The position numbers and the translations under genes were made by a program. Positions 19,521 to 28,269 of a stretch of 64,000 bases of DNA are shown here, in pieces (position 1 is the first letter of the stretch; the number at the start of each line of letters is the position of its first letter). Source of the stretch: Candidatus Pacearchaeota archaeon (lineage in GTDB: Archaea > Nanobdellota > Nanobdellia > Pacearchaeales > GW2011-AR1); the NCBI GenBank assembly GCA_041660485.1, contig JBAZWF010000001.1, positions 279,076 to 343,075 of the forward strand. Reading direction: 5' to 3'. The notes beneath the pieces were generated by a model. The model did not search any database and had not been told where the DNA came from. It saw only the letters and a program-made list of their open reading frames with translations.

Positions 19521-20521
19521 AACAACGTCTTCTGGGCACTTTTAACCTTAACATCTTTCAACTTTTCAATTTGCTTTTCAATTCTTTCCTCTGTAAAATC
19601 ATGATCCATTAATATTTTCCTAATTTCAGTTTCATCAATTTTAGGAAAAACTATTTCAGCAATAGGATTAACGTCCGGTTTTTTAAACATTTCAAAAACA
19701 TCTTGCCAATTAAAATCTAAATTTCCAAATTCTTTAAATATCATTGCAGGAGCTCCAAACTTTTGAACATATTGCAAAGCTTTTTTCTGTCCAATTCTGA
19801 AAACCCCTCCAGGATTATAATCAGTTCCAACTAAAATACCAAGAGAAATCAACTGCTCATAGTCAATTTGCAAATGATTCAAAACTCTTTCAAGCTCAAT
19901 TATTTCAGGATTAACTTCAATAAAACCAGAAACAGTTTTTCTTTTTCTTGCTAAGGTTAAATTTTGTATTAATCTAGGTGCACCAAACAACAAACAATCA
20001 TAATCTTGTGAAGCAACTGCATAAACTTCTCCAGCTTTAGCAAGATAAGATGCCTGTGCTTCTCCTTCTCCAGGTGCTTGAATAACTGCAATCCCCATAG
20101 CTTTCAGTAATTTTTTACTTTCTTCAATCATTTCACTGTTTAATTTAACCATTTGAGAACTATATTTCTTCATTGCCCCATAATCTTCTTTTTCTTTTGC
20201 TTCTTCATATTTAGCTTTAGCAATTTCCTTGCCTTCTTTTCTAGATTCATTTGTTCTTCCCTTCATTTCAGGAGGCATTCCATCAAAAACATAAACTAAT
20301 TTTATTCCTTCACCCAAAAGAGCTGCATTTCTATAAAATAATCCAGACAAATGACTAGTAATTCTTCCACTTTTATCCTGCAAAGGTGTACCATCATACT
20401 GCCTAATAGAACTCAAAAATTGATAAAGTGCATTAAATGCATCAACTGCAATTACTTTACCCTTTAGCTCAGAAAATTCAATTTGCCTTCTAGGAACTAT
20501 TTCCCGTATATTTAATCCCAT
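19517..20521 (-). CDS. fen: flap endonuclease 1
   Basis: MGLNIREI....LKGKVIAVDAFNALYQFL N-terminal FEN-1/XPG-N, I-domain and H3TH blocks; 334 aa. Confidence 0.9.
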   Translation of the reverse strand: MGLNIREIVPRRQIEFSELKGKVIAVDAFNALYQFLSSIRQYDGTPLQDKSGRITSHLSGLFYRNAALLGEGIKLVYVFDGMPPEMKGRTNESRKEGKEIAKAKYEEAKEKEDYGAMKKYSSQMVKLNSEMIEESKKLLKAMGIAVIQAPGEGEAQASYLAKAGEVYAVASQDYDCLLFGAPRLIQNLTLARKRKTVSGFIEVNPEIIELERVLNHLQIDYEQLISLGILVGTDYNPGGVFRIGQKKALQYVQKFGAPAMIFKEFGNLDFNWQDVFEMFKKPDVNPIAEIVFPKIDETEIRKILMDHDFTEERIEKQIEKLKDVKVKSAQKTLF

Positions 20522-20555
20522 GATTTATAGAAGTATAAAGAATATAAAAAACTAC

Positions 20556-20852
20556 TTATGCTATTCTTTTATGCAAATTAGGCCTATATCTTCTAATATC
20601 TGTTTTTGAAAGTCCTGCAACTTCTCCAGAATTCAATTTGTATTTCATTCTCCAAATAGGATCTTTGTTAATATCAATATATTCCGTTCTAAGAACCTCA
20701 ACACCTTGATTATAAAGAGTAACATCTTCAGGATAAACTCCTCCGTCTTGACATAATACTGTATAAAGTGGAGCATCCATTCTAGACAAAGCCTCTTTTC
20801 TATCTTTATCAAGCCTTTGCAATTCAGCTTCATAACATGTATCAATTAACAT
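20556..20852 (-). CDS. hypothetical protein
   Basis: 98-aa ORF between fen and polB; no recognisable motif. Confidence 0.3.
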   Translation of the reverse strand: MLIDTCYEAELQRLDKDRKEALSRMDAPLYTVLCQDGGVYPEDVTLYNQGVEVLRTEYIDINKDPIWRMKYKLNSGEVAGLSKTDIRRYRPNLHKRIA

Positions 20853-20955
20853 AAAAAATAGACAAAATCACAACTTTTAAACCTTTCTATTGTAACTACT
20901 AATTAGTTATTAAATATTAAAGAGGCAAATTCTAATTCCTAACAAGTTTTTAATA

Positions 20956-23442
20956 TTGTTAAATTATATATTTTATATGGAACTTGAATTCATCCCTTTA
21001 GACTACGAATCATTTGACTATCAAGATAGAAATTTCGTTAAAGTATTTGGCAGAGCAGGAAATGGAGAACGCATTTGTCTAATTGATAATTGTGAAGTTT
21101 ATTTTTATGCAATTCTAAAACCCGGAATTTCAGATAAAAAAATAAAACAACTAGAAGAAGAAATAAATTCAATTACAATTAAAGATGGGCAAAGAATAGC
21201 AAAAGTTATCAAAACAAAAATTGAAAATAAAAAATTTCTTGGCAAAGAAGTAAAAGCAATAAAAATATTTATTGGAAACCATAAAGATGCACTAAAAATC
21301 GCAGAAACCCTAAATTATCCAGAAATTGAATCAATTAAAGAAGCAGATATTAACTACACAACAAAATACATTATTGAAAAAAAACTAATTCCAATGAACT
21401 GGTATAAAATATCTGGAGAAGTTTTAAATAATTCACAAGAATTTAATGGCATTGATTCAGAAATTGATGTTGATTTATGTATTAAATTAAATTCAATTCA
21501 ACCAATTAAAGAACAAAAAGAATTCAGCCCAAAAGTTCTAGCTTTTGACATTGAAACAGATGATTTTGAAATTGGTAAAGGAAAAATTTTAATGATTTCT
21601 TTAGTTTCAGACAACTTTAAAAAAGTTCTTACCTGGAAAAGCTGTGAAAATAGCCCTAGCTTTGTTAAATGTTTCAAAGATGAAGAAGAAATGCTTGAAA
21701 ACTTTGTTAAAGAACTTAAAAAAGTTTCTCCAGATATTCTTGCAGGTTATTTTTCAGATAGCTTTGACCTGCCATATCTTAAAGCAAGAGCTGAAAAAAA
21801 TAAAGTAAAACTATCTTTAGGAATTGATAATTCTCAACCAAGATTTTCAGGAGGAATGATGCCAAGAGGAAAAATATCAGGCATAGTTCACATTGATTTG
21901 TATAAATTTATTGATACAGCTTATTCACAATATCTTCAGTCAGAAACACTTAGCTTAAACGAAGTTGCAAACGAACTTTTAGGAGATAAAAAAATAGAAT
22001 ATGAATTTAAACCCAGCTCTAAAATGAAAAATTCAGACTGGGAAAAATTTTTTGAATATAATCTTCATGATTCAGTTTTAACTTATAATTTAATTCAAAA
22101 AGCCTGGCCAGATTTATCAGAATTCGGCAAAGTTATGCAAGAACCTTTGTTTAATGTTTCACGCGATGGAATGTCATCAAATGTTGAAAATTATATTATT
22201 CATAATCTGCAAAAATACAATGAAATAATTGAAAGCAAGCCAGAACATCATGAAATTAGCAAGCGCAGAGAAAGAGAAAAATACGAAGGAGCCTTTGTTC
22301 TGCAACCTATTCCTAAACTTTATGAAAACATTGCAATGTTTGATTTCACAAGCTACTGGCCAAGTATAATTGCAACTTTTAATTTATCATTATCTTCATA
22401 TTTAGGAGATAAAAAACAAAAAGATGCTTTAGAAGTTCATCTTGAAAAATCAAATAAATATGTTTATTTTTCAAAACAAAAAGGATTTTTTCCAGAAATG
22501 CTCGAAGAGGTTATTAAAAAAAGAAAACAATATAAAGAAGAATATAAAAAATCACCTTCTCCAATTCTAAAAGCAAGAAGCAATGCTTTCAAACTTTTAG
22601 CAAATGCATCATATGGTTATCAAGGATTTTTCGGCGCAAGATATTACTGCCCAGAAGCTTCTGCAGCTGCAACCGCAATTTCAAGAAAATTCATAAAACA
22701 AGTTATTAGCCAATCTGAAAAAGCAGGTTTCAAAGCAATTTATAGCGATACTGACTCAATAGCTCTTGAAATGAATAAAAAATCAAAATCTCAAGCTTTA
22801 GAATTTCTTAAAAAAATTAATAGTGAACTTCCAGGCATTATGGAACTTGAATTAGAAGATTTCTATAAAAGAGGAATCTGGGTAACAACAAGAAAAGGAG
22901 AATTTGGTGCAAAAAAGAAATATGCTTTAATTAATGAAGAAGGAAAAATGAAAATCCGTGGTTTTGAAACAGTAAGGCGTGACTGGTGTAATCTTGCAAG
23001 AGATTTACAAAATAAAGTTTTAAATAAAATATTAAAAGATGGAAATGAAAAATCGGCATTAGAATATACAAAACAAATTATTAAAGAAGTAAAAGAAAGA
23101 AAAACTCCAAAAGACCAGCTAATTATCCGGACTCAGTTGAAAAAACCTCTCTCAGAATATATTGCAAATACCCCTCATGTAACAATTGCAAAAAAAATGA
23201 TTGAAGAAGGAATACCGGTTGATCAAGGAATGTTAATTAAATATTATATTGCAGAAAGCAATGACAAAAAAGCAATAACCCGAGATAGGGCAGTTATGCC
23301 AGAGGAAAATAAACCATATGATATAAAATATTATCTTGAAAAACAGCTTCTTCCAGCAGTTGAAAATATTTTTATGGTTTTTAACATTAATTCAAATGAT
23401 TTAATTGACTTAAAAAAGCAGAAAAAGCTTAATGACTTCTAA
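20956..23442 (+). CDS. polB: family B DNA polymerase
   Basis: Exo I FDIETD, polymerase motif C YSDTDS, K..NS.YG motif B region; 828 aa. Confidence 0.9.
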   Translation: MLNYIFYMELEFIPLDYESFDYQDRNFVKVFGRAGNGERICLIDNCEVYFYAILKPGISDKKIKQLEEEINSITIKDGQRIAKVIKTKIENKKFLGKEVKAIKIFIGNHKDALKIAETLNYPEIESIKEADINYTTKYIIEKKLIPMNWYKISGEVLNNSQEFNGIDSEIDVDLCIKLNSIQPIKEQKEFSPKVLAFDIETDDFEIGKGKILMISLVSDNFKKVLTWKSCENSPSFVKCFKDEEEMLENFVKELKKVSPDILAGYFSDSFDLPYLKARAEKNKVKLSLGIDNSQPRFSGGMMPRGKISGIVHIDLYKFIDTAYSQYLQSETLSLNEVANELLGDKKIEYEFKPSSKMKNSDWEKFFEYNLHDSVLTYNLIQKAWPDLSEFGKVMQEPLFNVSRDGMSSNVENYIIHNLQKYNEIIESKPEHHEISKRREREKYEGAFVLQPIPKLYENIAMFDFTSYWPSIIATFNLSLSSYLGDKKQKDALEVHLEKSNKYVYFSKQKGFFPEMLEEVIKKRKQYKEEYKKSPSPILKARSNAFKLLANASYGYQGFFGARYYCPEASAAATAISRKFIKQVISQSEKAGFKAIYSDTDSIALEMNKKSKSQALEFLKKINSELPGIMELELEDFYKRGIWVTTRKGEFGAKKKYALINEEGKMKIRGFETVRRDWCNLARDLQNKVLNKILKDGNEKSALEYTKQIIKEVKERKTPKDQLIIRTQLKKPLSEYIANTPHVTIAKKMIEEGIPVDQGMLIKYYIAESNDKKAITRDRAVMPEENKPYDIKYYLEKQLLPAVENIFMVFNINSNDLIDLKKQKKLNDF

Positions 23443-23520
23443 AAAAATTAATATTAAACCACATATCAATCCAGCCCAGATAAGTATATAAATAATTAAG
23501 ATAATGATAATAAAAGAAAA

Positions 23521-23760
23521 ATGACAGATCCAAATAAATTATTCAGATTATGCGAAAATTATTACTCTTCAGAATGGGATAAAAGTGGAGACAAACACGT
23601 TTTGCATTGTCAAGCAACCTGCCTTTATGGAAATCAAGTAAGAATAACAAATGAAAAAGGTACATCTACAATATGTATAAAAGATGGACTTGTTTCAAAG
23701 GTTGAAGACCCTAATTTCAATGAAAATGCTGCAAAAGTATTAGCAAAAGCTAAATTCTAG
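23521..23760 (+). CDS. hypothetical small Cys-containing protein
   Basis: 79-aa ORF, 5 Cys; no motif. Confidence 0.35.
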   Translation: MTDPNKLFRLCENYYSSEWDKSGDKHVLHCQATCLYGNQVRITNEKGTSTICIKDGLVSKVEDPNFNENAAKVLAKAKF

Positions 23761-23797
23761 AAAGCTAGATTTATATAATCTTAAATTCTATTTTTAT

Positions 23798-24394
23798 ATG
23801 CGAGAATTCATATTTTTTTCAAATCAAGCGCGAACAAGTGGCAACTTTGATGTTCATCATCTTATGGATGCAGGAAGAATGGATATAGCCTGTCATGTTC
23901 TTATTCATGCTTTCTTTTTATCACATAAATTAAGAGAAGATACAAAACTTCATCTAATATTTAATGGACAACCAGATCCTCCAAAACATTTTTTAATTTT
24001 TCCTAAAGGTAATAAAACAAGTGGCAGTATAACTATAAGTAAAAAAGATGTTGCAAATTTAATTAGAAAAATGCTTTTCAAATATAAACCTGGCCAAAAA
24101 ACAGTTGTTGAACCCGGATATGAAATTGAAAAAAAATCTTTATTTAAAGTAATTGACGAATTAATTAATGAAGGCAAAACAATCTATGTATTAGATGACA
24201 AAGGAGAAGACATAAGAAAATTAAAAATAAAAGATAATCCTGTGTTTGTCTTAGGTGATAGCAGCGGCTTTGCAAGCAAAGAACTTAAAAAGTTAAAAAC
24301 AAAAGCAACCCCAGTTTCAGTTGGAAGTAAAACATATTTTGCATCTCAAGTTATAACCATAGTTAATAATGAGTTAGACAGACGAGAAATTTAA
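23798..24394 (+). CDS. trmY: tRNA (pseudouridine54-N1)-methyltransferase (SPOUT, TrmY family)
   Basis: MREFIFFSNQARTSGNFDVHHLMDAGRMDIACHVLIHAFFLSHKLREDTKLHLIFNGQPDPP matches the conserved TrmY/DUF358 N-terminal block. Confidence 0.7.
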   Translation: MREFIFFSNQARTSGNFDVHHLMDAGRMDIACHVLIHAFFLSHKLREDTKLHLIFNGQPDPPKHFLIFPKGNKTSGSITISKKDVANLIRKMLFKYKPGQKTVVEPGYEIEKKSLFKVIDELINEGKTIYVLDDKGEDIRKLKIKDNPVFVLGDSSGFASKELKKLKTKATPVSVGSKTYFASQVITIVNNELDRREI

Positions 24395-25056
24395 TGTTTC
24401 TTTAAATGTTTTTTCATATATTTTCTCACAAAAATATAAATTATCATAATAATTATAATTAAAAATAAAACTAATAAACTTAACCACTGAATTATTTTTC
24501 CTTCAAATAATGAAAAATAACTTTTACCAAAAAACTCTTTTTTTAATCTAGGTAAAATGAACAAAGTCTTCAAAGATTCATCAAGTGGAAAGCTTTCAGC
24601 TTTGCCAATTGCAAGAGAATACTTGCCCTGATTATCAGAATTATAAACCTTTATTAAATAACTTCCAGCAGAAACATTTTCATCAAATTCAGACCCTTGC
24701 CAGTACTTATCTCCGCCAAATTCTTCATAAAACTCAACCCATTTAATTTCAGAACCATTAAAAATTTCAATCAATTTATTTTCCTTGTAAATTTCAAAAT
24801 TAAAATCTTTTATTTCTTGTTCATATGGTGTAACCATACCTACATATAAATTAAAATTCCCCTCACTATTAACTAAATAATAATCTGGCTTTCCATTTAA
24901 AATTCCATAAAATGCCTGACTTATTTCAGGATTTTTCACAATAACTGGATTATTAGCACTATTATCAACACCAAAAACAATTCTCGGTTGATGTGCAGAA
25001 ACAAATGCTAATAAAAATATAAACAATAAACCAAAAATTAAAACACCTTTTTTCAT
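24391..25056 (-). CDS. secreted protein with C-terminal membrane anchor (hypothetical)
   Basis: Signal peptide MKKGVLIFGLLFIFLLAFVSA (same IFLLAFVSA core as ORF 1172..2164), C-terminal TM helix plus basic tail. Confidence 0.5.
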   Translation of the reverse strand: MKKGVLIFGLLFIFLLAFVSAHQPRIVFGVDNSANNPVIVKNPEISQAFYGILNGKPDYYLVNSEGNFNLYVGMVTPYEQEIKDFNFEIYKENKLIEIFNGSEIKWVEFYEEFGGDKYWQGSEFDENVSAGSYLIKVYNSDNQGKYSLAIGKAESFPLDESLKTLFILPRLKKEFFGKSYFSLFEGKIIQWLSLLVLFLIIIIMIIYIFVRKYMKKHLKKH

Positions 25057-25103
25057 ATGTAAATAATAAAGACCAAGATTATAAATATTGCTAAGAAATC
25101 TAA

Positions 25104-25364
25104 TTACAACTTTTTAACTTCACTAACTAATTTATCAGCTTCTTTTTGAATTTGTTCAATAGCATCTTCAATAGCTTTTCTTGGACTTTTTCCCTTTGTC
25201 TCAATTCTTAAAACAACTGGTTTATTTGGATGTTCTCTTTTCCAAGCTGCGAATATAACAGATGAATCTTTATTCAGATATTCTCTTAAAACCTCAGCTA
25301 TTGTTAAAGAATCTATAGATATTTCAATTTCATTCTTTTCATCTTTAATAATTTTTATGTCCAT
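25104..25364 (-). CDS. rpoL: DNA-directed RNA polymerase subunit L (Rpb11 homologue)
   Basis: 86 aa; pattern IKIIKDEKNEIEI.I....T.....R..L......V.FA....EHP resembles RpoL. Confidence 0.7.
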   Translation of the reverse strand: MDIKIIKDEKNEIEISIDSLTIAEVLREYLNKDSSVIFAAWKREHPNKPVVLRIETKGKSPRKAIEDAIEQIQKEADKLVSEVKKL

Positions 25365-25387
25365 ATATAAAGGTTAAAAAATGAGCC

Positions 25388-25501
25388 TTATAAATGTTAC
25401 GTTTCACTTTTCGTAACATTTATACTTGGGACGATAGTCACACTGTATAAATCTTTTGATGGGGCTTCTCAAAAGTTTATACTTGGAACGATAGTCCTAT
25501 C
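25388..25501. repeat. hairpin repeat family locus 1: B unit (25388-25424), linker, A unit (25444-25481), linker
   Basis: B = ttataaatgttacg-tttcactttt-cgtaacatttata (11-bp stem); A = tataaatcttttga-tggggcttc-tcaaaagtttata (13-bp imperfect stem); both recur at 27.94-28.27 kb. Confidence 0.85.
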
Positions 25502-26403
25502 TATTTTACTAATCCCTCAAGAGGTATTGAGACTTTTGAGTTAAGTGAAGGTAATTGGGGCACATATTCTGATTTAGGAATTATACCAAATTCTTTTCTT
25601 AACATACCTTCAGCTCTTTTATCAGTTATTTGAAAATTATTTTTGCTAGTTATATTAAATTTACCTCCATAAGTTTCAATGACAATATCTCTAATTGCTT
25701 TTAAGCCCATTCCCTGACTAGACATGTAAAAACTTCCATTTTCAATTTCTTTTGGTTCAAAACCTTTTTCAAAAAATCTTTTGATAAAATCCTGACTAAT
25801 AGGTTCATTAACAAGATTTTCAATTTCAAAATTAAATTGTTGAGATGTAAAATAGCTCATTGTTTTGATAACTGAGTTTTCTTTTGAATTTTTTATTGAA
25901 TTTGATATTAAATTTGAAAATATAGTATTAAATGCAAAAGGATTTGTATAAACTAATTTTTCTGCAACATCTTGGCTATAATCAAAGGTTAAACCAAGTC
26001 CTTTTTTTAATATAGAATGTGTCGAGCTATTAATAATTGAAGAAATTTTATCACTAACATTAATTTCTTTTTGATTTTTCGCAATATCTTTAGGTCTTAA
26101 GCCTTTCATCATAATAAGTGCAATTCTTTCTTCAAGTATATGATCAATATTATATTCTGCTCTCTCAATATAATCTCTTATCTTAATCTCTGGACCAGCA
26201 ACATCAAAATTATGAAGTTCTCTCAGTTTAGCAAGTTCCATTTCAACAAGCTGAAGATAACCCGAAGCATTTGCAAGAGGCCCTTTTAGTTCATGCGCTG
26301 CAAATTGCTGCATAACATCGTAATTTGCATTTACCCCTCTAAGTTCTTCATTTTCCATTCTAAGTCTTTCAATTTCCTGTTTCAATTGTTCATTTTGTTC
26401 CAT
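25501..26403 (-). CDS. soluble coiled-coil sensor histidine kinase-like protein (HisKA + HATPase_c), orphan
   Basis: Coiled-coil N-terminus (LKQEIERLRMENEELRG), H-box AHELKGPL, N-box SNLISNSIKNS, G-box GMGLKAIRDIV; no TM segment and no adjacent response regulator. Confidence 0.55.
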   Translation of the reverse strand: MEQNEQLKQEIERLRMENEELRGVNANYDVMQQFAAHELKGPLANASGYLQLVEMELAKLRELHNFDVAGPEIKIRDYIERAEYNIDHILEERIALIMMKGLRPKDIAKNQKEINVSDKISSIINSSTHSILKKGLGLTFDYSQDVAEKLVYTNPFAFNTIFSNLISNSIKNSKENSVIKTMSYFTSQQFNFEIENLVNEPISQDFIKRFFEKGFEPKEIENGSFYMSSQGMGLKAIRDIVIETYGGKFNITSKNNFQITDKRAEGMLRKEFGIIPKSEYVPQLPSLNSKVSIPLEGLVK

Positions 26404-26474
26404 TTTAAATTACTTGTCATAGAGATTTAATTTATAAACCTTTTGGTTTTTTCTACCAATCAGTAGATAAAAAA

Positions 26475-27344
26475 TTAATTAATTGGCTGAAGAGTAAATT
26501 CTGGTTGTGCAAAAACAGAAGCATGTTTTATAACTGAAAAAACCCCAATAAATTTTTGCTCATTAAAAACCGCAATTTTTTCACCAACCCATTTTTCTTT
26601 AAAATTAATAACATCTTTTTTAAATAATGGAGAACCACGATACAATCTAGTAATTGACTCCTTATTAACATAAACAACTGGCAAAGCTTTTGAAATAATT
26701 TCACCAGGAATCAAAATTTCACGTAAAAGCTTTTCATTTCCTTTTTTATATTCCTCAACAGCCTTATAAAAATCAAATAAAGTTATAGAATCTTGTTCTT
26801 CAAAAATACTTGCTCTTGTTCTTCTTAACTCAAGCATATGAGCTCCTCCAATTTTCTGCCCAAGGTCATCAATTAATTTTCTTATATATGTCCCTGCCTG
26901 AACCTCTGTTTTAAATAAAATTTCCTTTTCATCTTTTTCAATAAGCTCAAATGAATAAATATTTCTTAATCTCTCTTCTCTTTTAACATTTGATTTTAAA
27001 GGAGGTTTTTGAATTATTTCTCCGATAAATTCTTTCATCTGTTTTTCAATCTCTTTAATTGACAAATCATTATGGATTCTCATTATACCAACATATTCTT
27101 TTTTACTTCCAATAAAATAAGGCATTAGTCTACAAGCTCGATTTATTGCAATAGGTAAAACACCTGATACTTGAGGATCAAGTGTTCCAAAGTGAGAACT
27201 TTTAGTTAAATTCAAAGCTTCTTTTATAATAATATCAATTTCAAAACTTGTCTGTCCACTTGGCTTATCAATATTAATTATAGAAAACTGCAAAAGTTCA
27301 TTAATTGGCTTTTCTTTCTGTATTTTAGTTAGATCAATTTCCAT
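26475..27344 (-). CDS. cbf5: tRNA/rRNA pseudouridine synthase Cbf5 (TruB family with PUA domain)
   Basis: INIDKPSGQTSFEI....HFGTLDPQVSGVLPIAINRACRL is the TruB catalytic block with Asp; C-terminal PUA-like region. Confidence 0.85.
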   Translation of the reverse strand: MEIDLTKIQKEKPINELLQFSIINIDKPSGQTSFEIDIIIKEALNLTKSSHFGTLDPQVSGVLPIAINRACRLMPYFIGSKKEYVGIMRIHNDLSIKEIEKQMKEFIGEIIQKPPLKSNVKREERLRNIYSFELIEKDEKEILFKTEVQAGTYIRKLIDDLGQKIGGAHMLELRRTRASIFEEQDSITLFDFYKAVEEYKKGNEKLLREILIPGEIISKALPVVYVNKESITRLYRGSPLFKKDVINFKEKWVGEKIAVFNEQKFIGVFSVIKHASVFAQPEFTLQPIN

Positions 27345-27378
27345 AGAAATAATAAAAATCTATATTTTAATAATGTGT

Positions 27379-27915
27379 CTATTTACTTTTAAGATAATCT
27401 TCATACGCTTTATTAAATTCATTAATCATTTGTTCACTTAATGTAAATTCAACATTAGTATATTTTTCTTTATCATAAGATATAGTTGTTCTCCAGTTTG
27501 TTAAAGGGCAATTTTTAATAGTCATTTTATTTCCATATATAAGATATTCTCCTTGTAAAAGTTTGTTGTTTTTTCTCATATCAATATAAGTCTTAGTCCA
27601 TTCTTCCACAGATTCTATAGGACATAAAATATCTACATTATCATTATTTCTTGTTTTTTCTTTAATTTCAACTGTCCAGTTTGGTTTTGGAAAGTCATAC
27701 ATACTAAGAGTCTTTGATTCAGAATCCCAAAAATAAGCTTTTTGATTTTTCATCATAAAACTATGATTATCTTCAGCTCTTTCTCGCATTAAAACATTTA
27801 TTGAGGGTTTTAATGCAGGAACATATGAAGGAAGAAACTCATTATTGGAGTGAACAAGTCCCAAGCTAGATAAAGCAATTATTGAAGCAAGCCCAGTTTG
27901 TTTAATATAATTCAT
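27379..27915 (-). CDS. secreted hypothetical protein
   Basis: Signal peptide MNYIKQTGLASIIALSSLGLVHS; 178 aa; no motif. Confidence 0.45.
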   Translation of the reverse strand: MNYIKQTGLASIIALSSLGLVHSNNEFLPSYVPALKPSINVLMRERAEDNHSFMMKNQKAYFWDSESKTLSMYDFPKPNWTVEIKEKTRNNDNVDILCPIESVEEWTKTYIDMRKNNKLLQGEYLIYGNKMTIKNCPLTNWRTTISYDKEKYTNVEFTLSEQMINEFNKAYEDYLKSK

Positions 27916-27938
27916 CTGTTGATAGAAAAGGGAGATTT

Positions 27939-28268
27939 TATAAATCTTTTGATGGGGCTTCTCAAAAGTTTATACTTGAAAAATGTTAATTTTTCACTGT
28001 ATAAATGTTACGTTTCACTTTTCGTAACATTTATAGCCAAGACAATAGTCGCAGGATATAAATCTTTTGATGGGGCTTCTCAAAAGTTTATACTTGAAAA
28101 ATGTTAATTTTTCATTGTATAAATGTTTTCATTACCTTTTTTAAAACATTTATGCTTGGGACGATAGTCACATTGTATAAATGTTACGTTTCACTTTTCG
28201 TAACATTTATAGCCAAGACAATAGTCGCAGGATATAAATCTTTTGATGGGGCTTCTCAAAAGTTTATG
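27939..28268. repeat. hairpin repeat family locus 2: tandem ~118-bp-period array A1-D-B1-C-A2-D-B'-C'-B2-C-A3
   Basis: A units at 27939-27975, 28057-28092 and 28233-28268. B units at 28000-28035 and 28176-28211, with a variant B' at 28118-28153. D hairpin gaaaaatgttaatttttc appears twice. C linker gccaagacaatagtcgcagga appears twice, alternating with cttgggacgatagtcac. Confidence 0.85.
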
Positions 28269-28269
28269 C

